Below are positions 41,536 to 51,729 of a stretch of 64,000 nucleotides of DNA, piece by piece (the first letter of the stretch is position 1; each line of letters begins with the position of its first letter). A model generated the notes under the pieces. It was not told where the DNA came from, searched no databases, and worked only from the letters and a program-made list of their open reading frames with translations. This DNA comes from a virus, in IMG/VR virus record IMGVR_UViG_3300047462_000172; one strand, 5' to 3'. Position numbers and translations under genes: made by a program.

Positions 41536-42594
41536 ATGCAGAAGTTAAAGTATGAGTTGATTCGGAACGCGAAGGTACGCGTTTCTGCTTCGAAAGATTC
41601 GAAGAACTTTCCCATCGCGACGATTACCGTCAACGGTATCTACACCCACACGTTTGATCCCGAATCTCGAGTTTCTCGGAACTTGGAGACGATGGACGTT
41701 CAGACGTTGCAGAACTTGATGACTGGAGGTACGTACTTCTTCGTCGAGGGTGTGTTGGTTGACTTCCGATACGGCAACTACAATGGATTCGTCCACGAGG
41801 ATGAGTCGATCAAGCAGTTGGTCAAGGTGATCGGAATCGTTGAGGCAAAGGATCTGTCTACTCGTCTTCAGGAAAACCTGACGTCGAATAAGTACAGTCT
41901 CGGTGCTTCGTGGTCGAAGAATGAGATCCACGTTCCTGAGTACAACGATGGTGGTGAGTTCAAGAGTGAGTTGCTGTTTGGTTGGAATCCGTTCGTCAAG
42001 ACGGTGAACAGTGCATTTATGCTCTGGCGCTTGATCTGTGAGAATGGAATGAGGGGCGTGACATCTTTCTTGAACACGAAGATTCCGTTGATCAATCGTT
42101 GGGAGGAGCATTTGGACATTGCGAATGTTCAGATCCAAAACAAGGTTGATGGAATGGTCAAGAAGCGTCTCGCTGGTATGGGCGATCAGTACGCGACCGT
42201 TGCTGAGTTGCAGCAGATTGCGACTCATGCGCGTAAGCGTTTCGAGCGTACGATGCAGGGTGAGAATGCTCACGATCAATTGCGTACGATCATTCAGGTG
42301 GCTGATCCTTCGATGCATCTTGCGAATGTGTATCGTGAGAATGTGTTTAAGGACAAGCGCTTGAGTGCTCAGGTGCCTGGACATTTGTCTTTGTTCGATG
42401 CTTACAATCTCGCAACTGAGATTCGTACGCACACGAAGGAGACTGATGGTTCAAGTGCTCTCGCACTCGATCGTATGGCGAATGATTTCATCTTCAACCA
42501 TACCGATCTGACCCAGCATGCTTCGCGATTTGTCAAGCCGCGTGATGCGTCCTTCGATAACCACGAGAAAGCGTTCTTCGGAAAGTTGAACTGA
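41536..42594 (+). CDS. DUF932/DUF945-like protein
   Basis: 'AFMLWRLICENGM' resembles the family RLVCxNG motif. Own TTGACT-17-TATACT promoter. Confidence 0.6.
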   Translation: MQKLKYELIRNAKVRVSASKDSKNFPIATITVNGIYTHTFDPESRVSRNLETMDVQTLQNLMTGGTYFFVEGVLVDFRYGNYNGFVHEDESIKQLVKVIGIVEAKDLSTRLQENLTSNKYSLGASWSKNEIHVPEYNDGGEFKSELLFGWNPFVKTVNSAFMLWRLICENGMRGVTSFLNTKIPLINRWEEHLDIANVQIQNKVDGMVKKRLAGMGDQYATVAELQQIATHARKRFERTMQGENAHDQLRTIIQVADPSMHLANVYRENVFKDKRLSAQVPGHLSLFDAYNLATEIRTHTKETDGSSALALDRMANDFIFNHTDLTQHASRFVKPRDASFDNHEKAFFGKLN

Positions 42595-43112
42595 TAGGTA
42601 GGTGAGAGTAGTTGAGTGATCGGAAGCCAGCAGCGATGCTGGCTTCCTCATTTAGGAGATCTACAATGTCGAGATGGAAAGTGCTGAAGGGCTTGTACTA
42701 CGAGGCGTTCTCCGATCGAGATCAGATTCAGAACGTACTCGCTGTCATCGGTGATATCTACAGCGGAACATTTCCGGATGATTCACCAATGGGACTCTAT
42801 ACGGTTGGTGATGTGAAGAACTGCAAAGGGTTTCACGGAAGCATGCCGATGATCCATGAACTCACCGCTTCAATGCAAGGTAGGAGCGTGAGAGGCTTAA
42901 TGATTCATCTTGGGTTGAGTCCTCACGATCCGTTGGTAATTGAACTGCTGAAAGAGACAGATAATCAGCAGGAGAGGATCGTACCAATCATTCACAGATT
43001 GGCTGATAGTAAGTATGGAACACCTGCTATCATTGATGAGTTGAAGATTGCTGATCTTTGTTCTCGAGCAGCACGGACACTCCAAGGGTTGACCTGAAAT
43101 CTGATATAGCGT

Positions 43113-43406
43113 ATGATGGTGGTAATCGGTAGGAGAACCATCATGCGCTATGTTGTTGCATCTGTAGATGTCCTTGGCAGCCCGGAACAGGGCTGGGAAA
43201 TGAATGACGAACGTCAGATCGGTACGATCGAGATAGACGAGGATGTATTCTATGACGACGATGCGATCATGGATGTTCTCGCAGAGTCTGAGTACTTCGA
43301 CCCAAACGATTACACCACGGTAGAGGTTGACGGAGACGAATCACGTCTTGTCCTTATCGACTTCGAAACCGGACGCCCGCTCCTCACTTTGTCCCGAGCG
43401 CAGTAG
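43113..43406 (+). CDS. Small acidic hypothetical protein
   Basis: TTGACC-17-TATGAT promoter; the AGGAGA RBS points to a start at 43143. Confidence 0.65.
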   Translation: MMVVIGRRTIMRYVVASVDVLGSPEQGWEMNDERQIGTIEIDEDVFYDDDAIMDVLAESEYFDPNDYTTVEVDGDESRLVLIDFETGRPLLTLSRAQ

Positions 43407-43472
43407 GGAGAGACGCTTGGCTTGAGGCGCCAACTGGGTATAATTCCTTCATCGTAAATCAATGAAGGAGTT

Positions 43473-44303
43473 TTGAAGATGACGCAAGTACCCGCCCACC
43501 TGAAGGCACGCCTCGAGCAGAAAGTTTTAGAGTGTGTTCTCAAGGCTTCGAAGCACTTTGGACGCAACTACACGACTCCTTACATTCGGTATGATGTCCG
43601 TGGGCGTGTAGGTGGATATGCGCACGGGACCGAGTTTATTAACTTAAACCCGATCCTTCTAATGGAGAACGTCGAGGAGTATGTCAACCAGGTCGTTCCT
43701 CACGAAATCGCTCACTGCATTGATACTGCGAATGGTGATAACCGCCGGACCGGTGGTATTGTCTTCACCCGCAGTGGCAAGATGCGCCGCTCAAAGAGAT
43801 CTATTCACGGACCTTCCTGGCGTGCTATTATGCACGTCTTTGGTTGCGATGCAGACCGCACGCACAATATGGATACGTCAAATGCTCAGGTGAAGACGAA
43901 GACGAAGTACGAGTATAAGTGCCGGGCTTGCAATAAGGCGATCTTCGTGAGTTCTGTCAGGCACAATAAGCAGCAGCGCTCATTGATGTTGTACGGTCGT
44001 GGGGAATACTGGTGCGCAAAGTGCGGACCTGATGGTCAACTTGAGTTCGTTGCAAACCGAGGGAAGGTCTCGTTCGATCAGGCTCGTCAGGCTGCATTGC
44101 AACCGAAGCCATCGTACCCGCCGGTCCCGGTTGCCTCTCAATACGATCCGAAGCCTGAAGTGTCGAATGTAAACCGGGCACGCAAACTCTATGGGATGTA
44201 CGGGATGCTGGGACGAGGTGTCTTCATTCGCAAATGTGTTGAGGCTGGTCTTAAGGAAACGACAGCATCGACTTACTATCAGAACTTCAGGAGCGGTAAA
44301 TGA
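43473..44303 (+). CDS. sprT: SprT-family zinc metalloprotease with zinc ribbon and C-terminal 'ASTYY' module
   Basis: 'INLNPILL...VVPHEIAH', 'HGPSWRAIM..FG', 'YKCRAC...CAKC', tail 'LKETTASTYYQNF'. Confidence 0.9.
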   Translation: MKMTQVPAHLKARLEQKVLECVLKASKHFGRNYTTPYIRYDVRGRVGGYAHGTEFINLNPILLMENVEEYVNQVVPHEIAHCIDTANGDNRRTGGIVFTRSGKMRRSKRSIHGPSWRAIMHVFGCDADRTHNMDTSNAQVKTKTKYEYKCRACNKAIFVSSVRHNKQQRSLMLYGRGEYWCAKCGPDGQLEFVANRGKVSFDQARQAALQPKPSYPPVPVASQYDPKPEVSNVNRARKLYGMYGMLGRGVFIRKCVEAGLKETTASTYYQNFRSGK

Positions 44304-45966
44304 GAAAGTACATTGGTCCAGTTGGTTATGGTGCAAACCCGGAGTACGGTGGTACACCTGAATACGGTCTCAACAGAATGCAGTCATTGTTCGTAACGAT
44401 TCGTGAACTTGCACTCGACCAGGATATAGAACTGTAGAGTTGACCCAAAGTGACATTTCAGGTATACTACCTCCACGGAATGCTATGGGAGGTAGATGCC
44501 TATGAATGTAGAACAGGAACACTTCAATTCGAAAATGCGAGAGATGATGGATGAGGTGCACGATATGGCGCACCGATACGATGCAAAGATGCTTGCAATC
44601 GTCCTGCTCTCACAATCGGCAAACCTCTTTCAAGCGTGCCTTGCCGTACAGCTGATGTCCGAGGATGAGATCCGAAGGACGATTGCCGAAGCGACAAAGA
44701 ACGTATATGATCCTATTCCCGCTGATCAGATGCCAAAGGTTGGCGTTATCGGCAAACCAATGAGGTTATCGTGAACCTAAACGAATATCTGGCTACCTTA
44801 GACCCAGCGATCGCAACTGCTGAGAATGGCTCGTTCGTCGTACAAAAGTACCCATATCATATTGATATGAGCAAATGTCTGAAGTGCAATGGTCCGCTTG
44901 GCTCACCATCTGATAGACGGATTGGTTGCCAAAAATGCGATTACTCACACCCAGCCAGCGATAGTGAATGGGCTGACTATTGCGCACTCCAGCGATGAGC
45001 CTTATCAACATACCTGAGACGTATATTCCTACCGAGGATGAGATGTCCTTCCTCGATCTGATCTTAAGCGACGAGTGCAATCGCTATCCGTTTGATAGAT
45101 TTAGCCTTCACATAGAGAAGGTCCGTGAAGTGCAGCGTAAACTGCGGCACCTAAATGCTGTCTTTCGCAATGAGGAAAATCCAGCAGCCCCATTCTGAGC
45201 TGTTGACCCCAATGATAGGGTGAGCGATAATGGCTTCACAATAAGGAAACACAAAAAGAAGAAGCCCAAGGCAGCAGGTTCGTACTGCTACAGGTCCAGG
45301 TGGTCGATGAACGCCGTTCCTAAATTGCCAAAAACGCAACACCTCCTCTGACTATAGCATTATCGGCTACCTCCTATTTCAGGTCAACACCCTCATCGCT
45401 GTTGACGCCAGCGATTTTTAAAGCGGTGTGTCCAGGGCAGTCGCTTGACCATATGGTGATTTTATGAGAAAATGGTCTTGGACTGACCTCAAAATTCCCT
45501 CCTCGATATTATGTCCAATCGGACGATATTATATCCACTCGGATTATGTCAAATTCACCAAAATTTCACAATTTTTCGTCTGACCCAACTGTTGAAATTT
45601 GATTTTGGACCATATATACTGATCATCTGACAGAGTTTGGATTACTGTTAGCATGAGGCTTCCCCCAAACTCGACGATTTTGCACTGCCACGGTAGCAGG
45701 GATGGGGTGGATACGATTGTATCACCCCTATTTTTATTTATTTTTAGGGGTCATATGCTGGATAGTAGGGCAGTTGGTGCAACTAATATCGAGCCAAATG
45801 GGCAGATCACACTGTATACCCGCGGTATTTGGCTGTCCAATCTCAAAATCCACTCAATAATTCGCTGCTTGAAGTCATTTAAGTCCACTTCTGAAGCAAT
45901 AGTCTACTTCAGAAAGAGGTATCCAATGGGTGAGTTAGTCCCATTCGAACGTCTCTCATCACCCTA

Positions 45967-46059
45967 ATCCCACAAAATCCAACTCGAATCCCACTTTTCA
46001 TCCCACTCATCACCCAAAATCCCAGTTGCATCCCACTCAAATCCCACTATCGTCCCACT
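45967..46059 (+). repeat. Phased array of about 9 ATCC(C/A)ACT octamers
   Basis: Copies start at 45967, 45977, 45988, 46000, (46009), 46019, 46030, 46041 and 46052. Confidence 0.85.
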
Positions 46060-46069
46060 ATCGATTATA

Positions 46070-46810
46070 CTATTTTTGACGTCCTGTGTATACATCCAAG
46101 ATCTGATCAAGTTCAAACAAAAGGTTGTTAACATTGGGGATGAAGTAGCCATCCCCTTCGTCTTTACCAAATATCTTAACCAACTCATAAACTTTCTCTT
46201 TCAATTCATTATCAATCCTATAACAGCGAACCAATTCCAAATCTCGTTGTTGATTATAGATAGAAACAAATTCAGCCTCTCCTTTCTCAGCATAGATTAA
46301 TGCAAACTTATTCCCTGGCATACGCAAATTATGTCTACTACAGATTGCAAACAAAGCAGTAGATTGACGAGCGGCGGCAAGTTTCGCTCTTGCATCTACA
46401 CCCAACCACCCTCTCCAACCTATTGTTTTAAAATCATCATAACGAACATCTGGTTTAATAGGAATGTCAGAGGGGATCTCATCAGCATGTTCCTTATAAT
46501 ACAAAAACCATTTTTCCATTGTGTTTATATCATGCAATGAACATAATTCATGAACAAACTTTACAGCTTCCCACATAGGACGGACCGGACGTTGAATAGC
46601 ATCACCTTGAAAGACATTCGCAGTCCCAAGGAAATCATTCCAAGAGACCCATTCCTTATACACACGCTCTGGATAACGTGGTAGATACTGACATTTTGTT
46701 TCCTTATGCCACTCAATGTATTCACGACGAGAATTTAGTTTCAAGTCTAATGCAGTAGCACGAGCCTGAACAAATGGTTGATATTTTGATTTACGTTTAC
46801 CTTTAGCCAT
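46070..46810 (-). CDS. Protein with two integrase-repeat-like (helicase-associated) units
   Basis: 'EYIEW...LPRYPERVYKEWVSWNDFLG' and 'IPIKPDVRY...GWRGWLG' fit the P..P..Y...W..W..FLG repeat. Confidence 0.7.
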   Translation of the reverse strand: MAKGKRKSKYQPFVQARATALDLKLNSRREYIEWHKETKCQYLPRYPERVYKEWVSWNDFLGTANVFQGDAIQRPVRPMWEAVKFVHELCSLHDINTMEKWFLYYKEHADEIPSDIPIKPDVRYDDFKTIGWRGWLGVDARAKLAAARQSTALFAICSRHNLRMPGNKFALIYAEKGEAEFVSIYNQQRDLELVRCYRIDNELKEKVYELVKIFGKDEGDGYFIPNVNNLLFELDQILDVYTGRQK

Positions 46811-47164
46811 AAAGAACCTTCATATTGTTGTCAAGGTGAAAAATGGTGTAAAACTGCAGGAATACGTTCATTTTTGGAATATGTTGACCCATTTTAACGT
46901 GGTGTCTATGTAAGATTACCCAATTATCTCACCCAATCACCAGTCAAATACCAACGAAATTCCAATAATTAACCACAGTGTATCTAACGTGATCTTCACC
47001 GGGAAAATAGCGCATATTTCCGCAGAAATATTGATTTTTCTCCTATAGTTTTTCACCGAACTATTTACGCTCTCCCACACGTAATGTTTCCATTGGTCTT
47101 CAGACGACATAATAGGTCGTAAAATACATGGTTTGTGGGACAGAATTTCTGGTCTCCCATAAAA

Positions 47165-47194
47165 ATTGACATTCTTTAGCGGTAAGGGTATAAT
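47165..47194 (+). promoter_or_regulatory. sigma70-type promoter restarting the rightward block
   Basis: TTGACA-17-TATAAT. Confidence 0.8.
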
Positions 47195-47769
47195 AGTGTT
47201 TTAGTATTGGAGTTCTTTATGAAAGAGAAACCTGTTTCGCGTGGTAATCCGCTTGCTATTTTGAAAACTATATAACGGAGAACTGATATGTATATGTGGA
47301 TTACAGTTGATGGTGGAGAGACATTTGAAGGGAATCAGGATGATTGGGCGGACTGTTTCTTCTCAAACCCTGATCTCTACAACATTATTGATTTTTGCCG
47401 CAAGCATGATATGCAGGTCAAGATCGAACTCTACCCAACTCCTCATGATCACCGTGGAGTGCTTATTGATGATTATGCATAGAATATGGAATTCGATTGT
47501 TTGGTTGTTTCGTACAAGGAAGCCGACTCATAGAATTATCAGGAAGAAGTGGGCAAGAGGAGATTGCTGGTACGAAATTCAAGAGTTAAGACTTCGACAA
47601 GAGTTAGGAGTTCGATCAGGTAAAAAAGTTGATTGGTATTCGATAGACCTAACGCCAGCATACAATCGGTTTTGGACTTACGAAACGGCTTCTGAATACC
47701 TAACAACATTATTGACGAAAGATCGGAATGAAGTTCCTAAGATAACTGTTATTGAGGAAAGGTGAAGTA

Positions 47770-50483
47770 ATCATGCATCGATTCGATAAATTTCGTTCTG
47801 CTTCTGGTTTTGCAATGATGGGAGCATGCATTGGTGGGATGATTGGAGGAAATGCAGTTTCTGCAATTGGTGGATGTTTGGGACTAGTTGCATTGTTACT
47901 TGGAGATTGGGAATGATGTTAATTATTGTATACCTGATTATGTATTTGGTCTATTCGTTTATAATTGGAATATTCGCACTCGAGTATTCAAAAACGTCTA
48001 TTCCCTCTTGGATGAATATCCTGATTTGGATTGGATATCCAACATATTTTGTATTTGGGTTCATTCTTTGGGGTTATGAGGGATTTATGGAGTGGAAAAC
48101 TTTACGTAGGAAACCAAAGTGATTGGTTCTATAATCATAGTCATTCTTCTATTGTTGATCGGTGGTCTCTGTTGCTTGGAATCATTCGCATATCGGTACA
48201 GATCAGGACAGATAGAGGCTTTCGAAAGACATTTGGACTACGTTAGACAACAACTCTCAAAGGATAAAAAACATGAAATCACTTACTTGGTACGTCTCGT
48301 ACATCGTTCACACACTATTGACTAGGTCATATACGGTTCTTGACCTTATTGTTGGTGCTTTAATATGGAGGTTTCCTTGGGTAGAATTTATGATATTTTG
48401 GCTGGTTTGGGTCGTAATCTCCCAAGCGCTACAATATTGGTACTCAAAAATGAGTGCACCATTTGACGAGGAGAAGACTTGATGAAACCTCTAAGCATTG
48501 CTTATTTGATCTCTGCTGGATTTGTTATTGGGATGATTTTGTGGCATCCTTTGTCAATTTTCGTCCTGTTGGCAATTGGAATCTTTCTGTTTGTCCTTGT
48601 TAAGAACACACCCTATAGTAAGTGAGGTTTATATGAAAGATGGCAGCGTACTTTATGGATTGATAATTGGTGGAGGTATTATATTCTACCTTGCAATATT
48701 TTTCTCATTCACTCATTCGAATAACTTTACTGCTGAGTGTCAATCGAAAGGTGGGATTGTTGCTGTTGTTAATCATGGAAGTCATACAATTTGTATCCGT
48801 CCTGATGCTGAGATTAAGTAATGAATCAACGCCAAATGTTTGTGTTTGCACTTTTGATGTTATCTGCAATGGCAATCGCATTGGCTGTTGCAATAGTTAG
48901 AATTTAGAAGGATTACAATATGGCTATCACTGAACTTGATATGGAAATGCTAAATGCTGTAATTGAGCATGTTCTTGTCCCACGAGTTGCACAACTAACA
49001 GAGAAGCAGAAGGCTCGTTTTGCTGAAATGTTTAAACCAAGCCAATTTGGTAATTTTGACACAATCAAACGAGCATGTATCCTTTGTGATAAGTCAATAG
49101 AGAAGAACAATGCAAGTCCTAAGTAAAATATTTCGAGCAGTCCTAATTTCAAAACGAGATCCAACTTTTAAAATTCAAGGAGAAGAGAATGAGTGTGCAT
49201 GAGAAGACATTGGAAGATCATATTCTTGGCTGTTGGCAAATAACAGATGAGATTGGATTGGTGTTTGAATCTGTTATGGAAGATGATTCTATGACAAAGG
49301 ATGAGATTGCAAATATCTTACTTGGTCTTCAACAACTCTATGCTCGTAAGTTTGATGCGCTATTTCGCAAGTATGAGCAGCAGGTTGGTCAAGGGAAATT
49401 AAAACCATATATTGACCTCGATAAAGAGCCTGACGATATTCTTGCAAAGATCAGATTACGAAAAGATGCAATCGAGAAAAATGAGGGATGGATATGATTC
49501 CTTCAATAACAGATGGTGTATGGGGATTGATTATTACTGGATGGATTGTCTCAATAATTGTTGGTGTATTCATTCTTGGTTTTTTGAATGATTGTGCTCC
49601 TCCTGATGAGACTCTCCCTTGGAAAATTACAAGATACTTTGCATATACCCTTCTTGGATTGGCAGGACAGATTCTCCTTATTTTGTTGGTTAAAGGATTA
49701 ATGGTAGTATTTACCTTTCTCGTGTTTGGATAATCGGTGTTGACCCAAATGCTAAAGTGGTTGTATAGTAAACACGTTTGGTGGGTTGAGATTTTAATCT
49801 CTCCAATTGTATTCGTAGCATGGATAGTTTGGTTTATCTGTGCAATCGTTCATACGATCTATCATATATTTTTCGGAGATTATAGAGCATGAAATTTACA
49901 GATGATCAAATTTCAAACATTTGTTTGGCAGTTATTATTGTTGTTGCACTTCTTTGTAGTGCATTTGGACATTAGTCGTGACAGAGAGCAGAGTTTTATG
50001 GGAATTTGTTCAGGACATTCACTCCTTGAAGCATAAAGTTGCTGCATTGGATGTGTTATCCGACCTTCACCTCGACAATATTAAAGAACTTGCTCGAAGG
50101 AATGCTGAACTTGAACAACGAGTTGCAAACCTTGAGAGTTTGTTGAGAGCGTCTCAACATTTTGTGGATGAACGATAATGGATTACGCAAGTAGAATTGC
50201 TCGGACAGGTTTGATTGCAGGTGGAATTTTCTTTCTATTCCTAATTGCTGCGCATTTGGATACAATTGGCACAGGTTTTGGTTGGGTTAGTGCTCACTGG
50301 AATAACGAGTACCTTTGGTGGGTATTTGGTGCAATTCTCCTAATCTTTATCATTGGCAATATTGGAGAGGCGATGTGGCTGATTGGTATTACTTTACTTC
50401 AAGTAATAAGTAAACTTGCTTTCTATATTGCAATCATCGCAGGACTTGGTTGGATCGGATGGAGATTTCTCCATTGGTTATAA
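47770..50483 (+). other. Cluster of about 10 small hydrophobic, membrane-protein-like ORFs
   Basis: E.g. 47826..48122, 48119..48325, 49488..49733 and 50178..50483, each with 1-3 TM-like stretches. Confidence 0.6.
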
Positions 50484-50532
50484 TTGTTGCCCTTTAGGGT
50501 AAGTTTCAGTATAATCTTTTTACCTTAATCGT

Positions 50533-51306
50533 TTGGAGATCGACATGACTAATGACCAACGCAAACTTCGTGATTTGATTCGTGAAGAGTTTCATCCGAA
50601 GGTTGATGTTCGTTTTAACAAAACGTGCATTACGATCACGATCCTAGGCGATATTGCATTTCAAGTTGGATTTACTGTTTACACTCTCGCCAATGCAGCG
50701 GAGTTTTTTGTTCGTTCAAACGAACTGAACTACACAGTAAACTGCAAGGATCCAAATCGATTCAAACTGATCCCAATCTATGCCACTCTTGGTGGTGAAT
50801 CACCTTACGATCGTGATGATCGTGATGATCGTGATGACATTGAGGATATCGACTTCGAATATATTGATGATGATACCGATTTTGATGCTGAGTTCGACAA
50901 ACTGGTTGCTGAAGTGGATGCTGAGGCTACACAGGAAGAAATTGATCAAGTCGTGAGTGAACTTCGTGATGTTATCTTCGAGACTGTTGAAGATGCTCAC
51001 TTCACTGACCACCCTGAAGCAGGTGGTGGAGTTCCGAACGATCAACCATACGATCGGCAACAATTGGAAGACCTTCAGATTTTGAAGTTGGATTATCAGG
51101 TTGAAGAGTTCCTTACCGCAAACCTTTCCGCTGTCCTTGAGATCACAAAAGGTCAGACTATCGATGTTGAGGTTTTGAAGAACGTGATGAAATTTGCGTA
51201 CTTGGGTGGGATGTGGGAGAATGCTCGTGCTGCAGATTTAGAGATGTTGGCTGAGTACTTCAACTCGAAGTTTAAGTTTCACGCTGAACAGTACGGAGAA
51301 GGGTAA
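50533..51306 (+). CDS. Highly acidic protein
   Basis: Own TTGCCC-17-TATAAT promoter. Long D/E-rich core, with 3 x GATCGTGAT at 50809-50835. Confidence 0.75.
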   Translation: MEIDMTNDQRKLRDLIREEFHPKVDVRFNKTCITITILGDIAFQVGFTVYTLANAAEFFVRSNELNYTVNCKDPNRFKLIPIYATLGGESPYDRDDRDDRDDIEDIDFEYIDDDTDFDAEFDKLVAEVDAEATQEEIDQVVSELRDVIFETVEDAHFTDHPEAGGGVPNDQPYDRQQLEDLQILKLDYQVEEFLTANLSAVLEITKGQTIDVEVLKNVMKFAYLGGMWENARAADLEMLAEYFNSKFKFHAEQYGEG

Positions 51307-51662
51307 TGCGTCCATGTGGAATGTGAGTTTTTCAGTTGAAATGTTAGTTGTCTGATTGGTTTTGTAGATAGATACTCCTACAAAAGGAGCACATTATGTC
51401 TAAACAAACACGATTTGAGAAGAATAAATCAGCCAGCATTAAATTACTTTCTACCGCTGCACTTGAGACCTCTCGCCAAGAGCCCTCACAATATCATGGT
51501 GTCGCTCTCCTCCTTTCAAACCTTCGTGCAGAACTTTACGAAAATTCTGAAGAGTACTGTGTCGTCAAGACTGAACTCATCGATCAAATTGATGAGGCTA
51601 TCGATCGTCTCTTTCGTTAATATTCTCAATTTGTAGGAAACCCACCCTCCAAAAGGGCTTAT

Positions 51663-51729
51663 TATAAATAATTGATGGATATTAAAAAGTTCTTTTAAAC
51701 AAACTAAAATACCCTCCTGTTCATAAATA
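51663..51729 (+). promoter_or_regulatory. T4-type late promoter boxes upstream of the endolysin operon
   Basis: TATAAATA at 51663-51670 and CATAAATA at 51722-51729. Confidence 0.6.

Noticed and set aside
41545-42432. 295-aa minus-strand ORF, and similar ORFs at 5303..5974, 31820..32494 and 39503..39937
   Set aside because: Antisense to well-supported genes that have RBS and family motifs.
14752-45200. Apparent excess of GATC/TCGA words in the central block
   Set aside because: It could follow from ATC/GAT/CGA codon preference. It needs a codon-aware k-mer test that I cannot run.
45262-45300. GGTTCG T-loop-like word suggesting a tRNA
   Set aside because: No acceptor, D or anticodon arms at tRNA spacing. 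I found no tRNA gene elsewhere by eye; tRNAscan-SE would settle it.
45964-46188. 74-aa minus-strand ORF with WD/EWD repeats
   Set aside because: Its repeats are simply the AGTGGGAT octamer array in translation, and it overlaps the end of 46070..46810.
46070-46810. Calling this gene an integrase (temperate lifestyle)
   Set aside because: Only the Trp-rich repeat unit is present. There is no tyrosine or serine recombinase catalytic motif and no att site.
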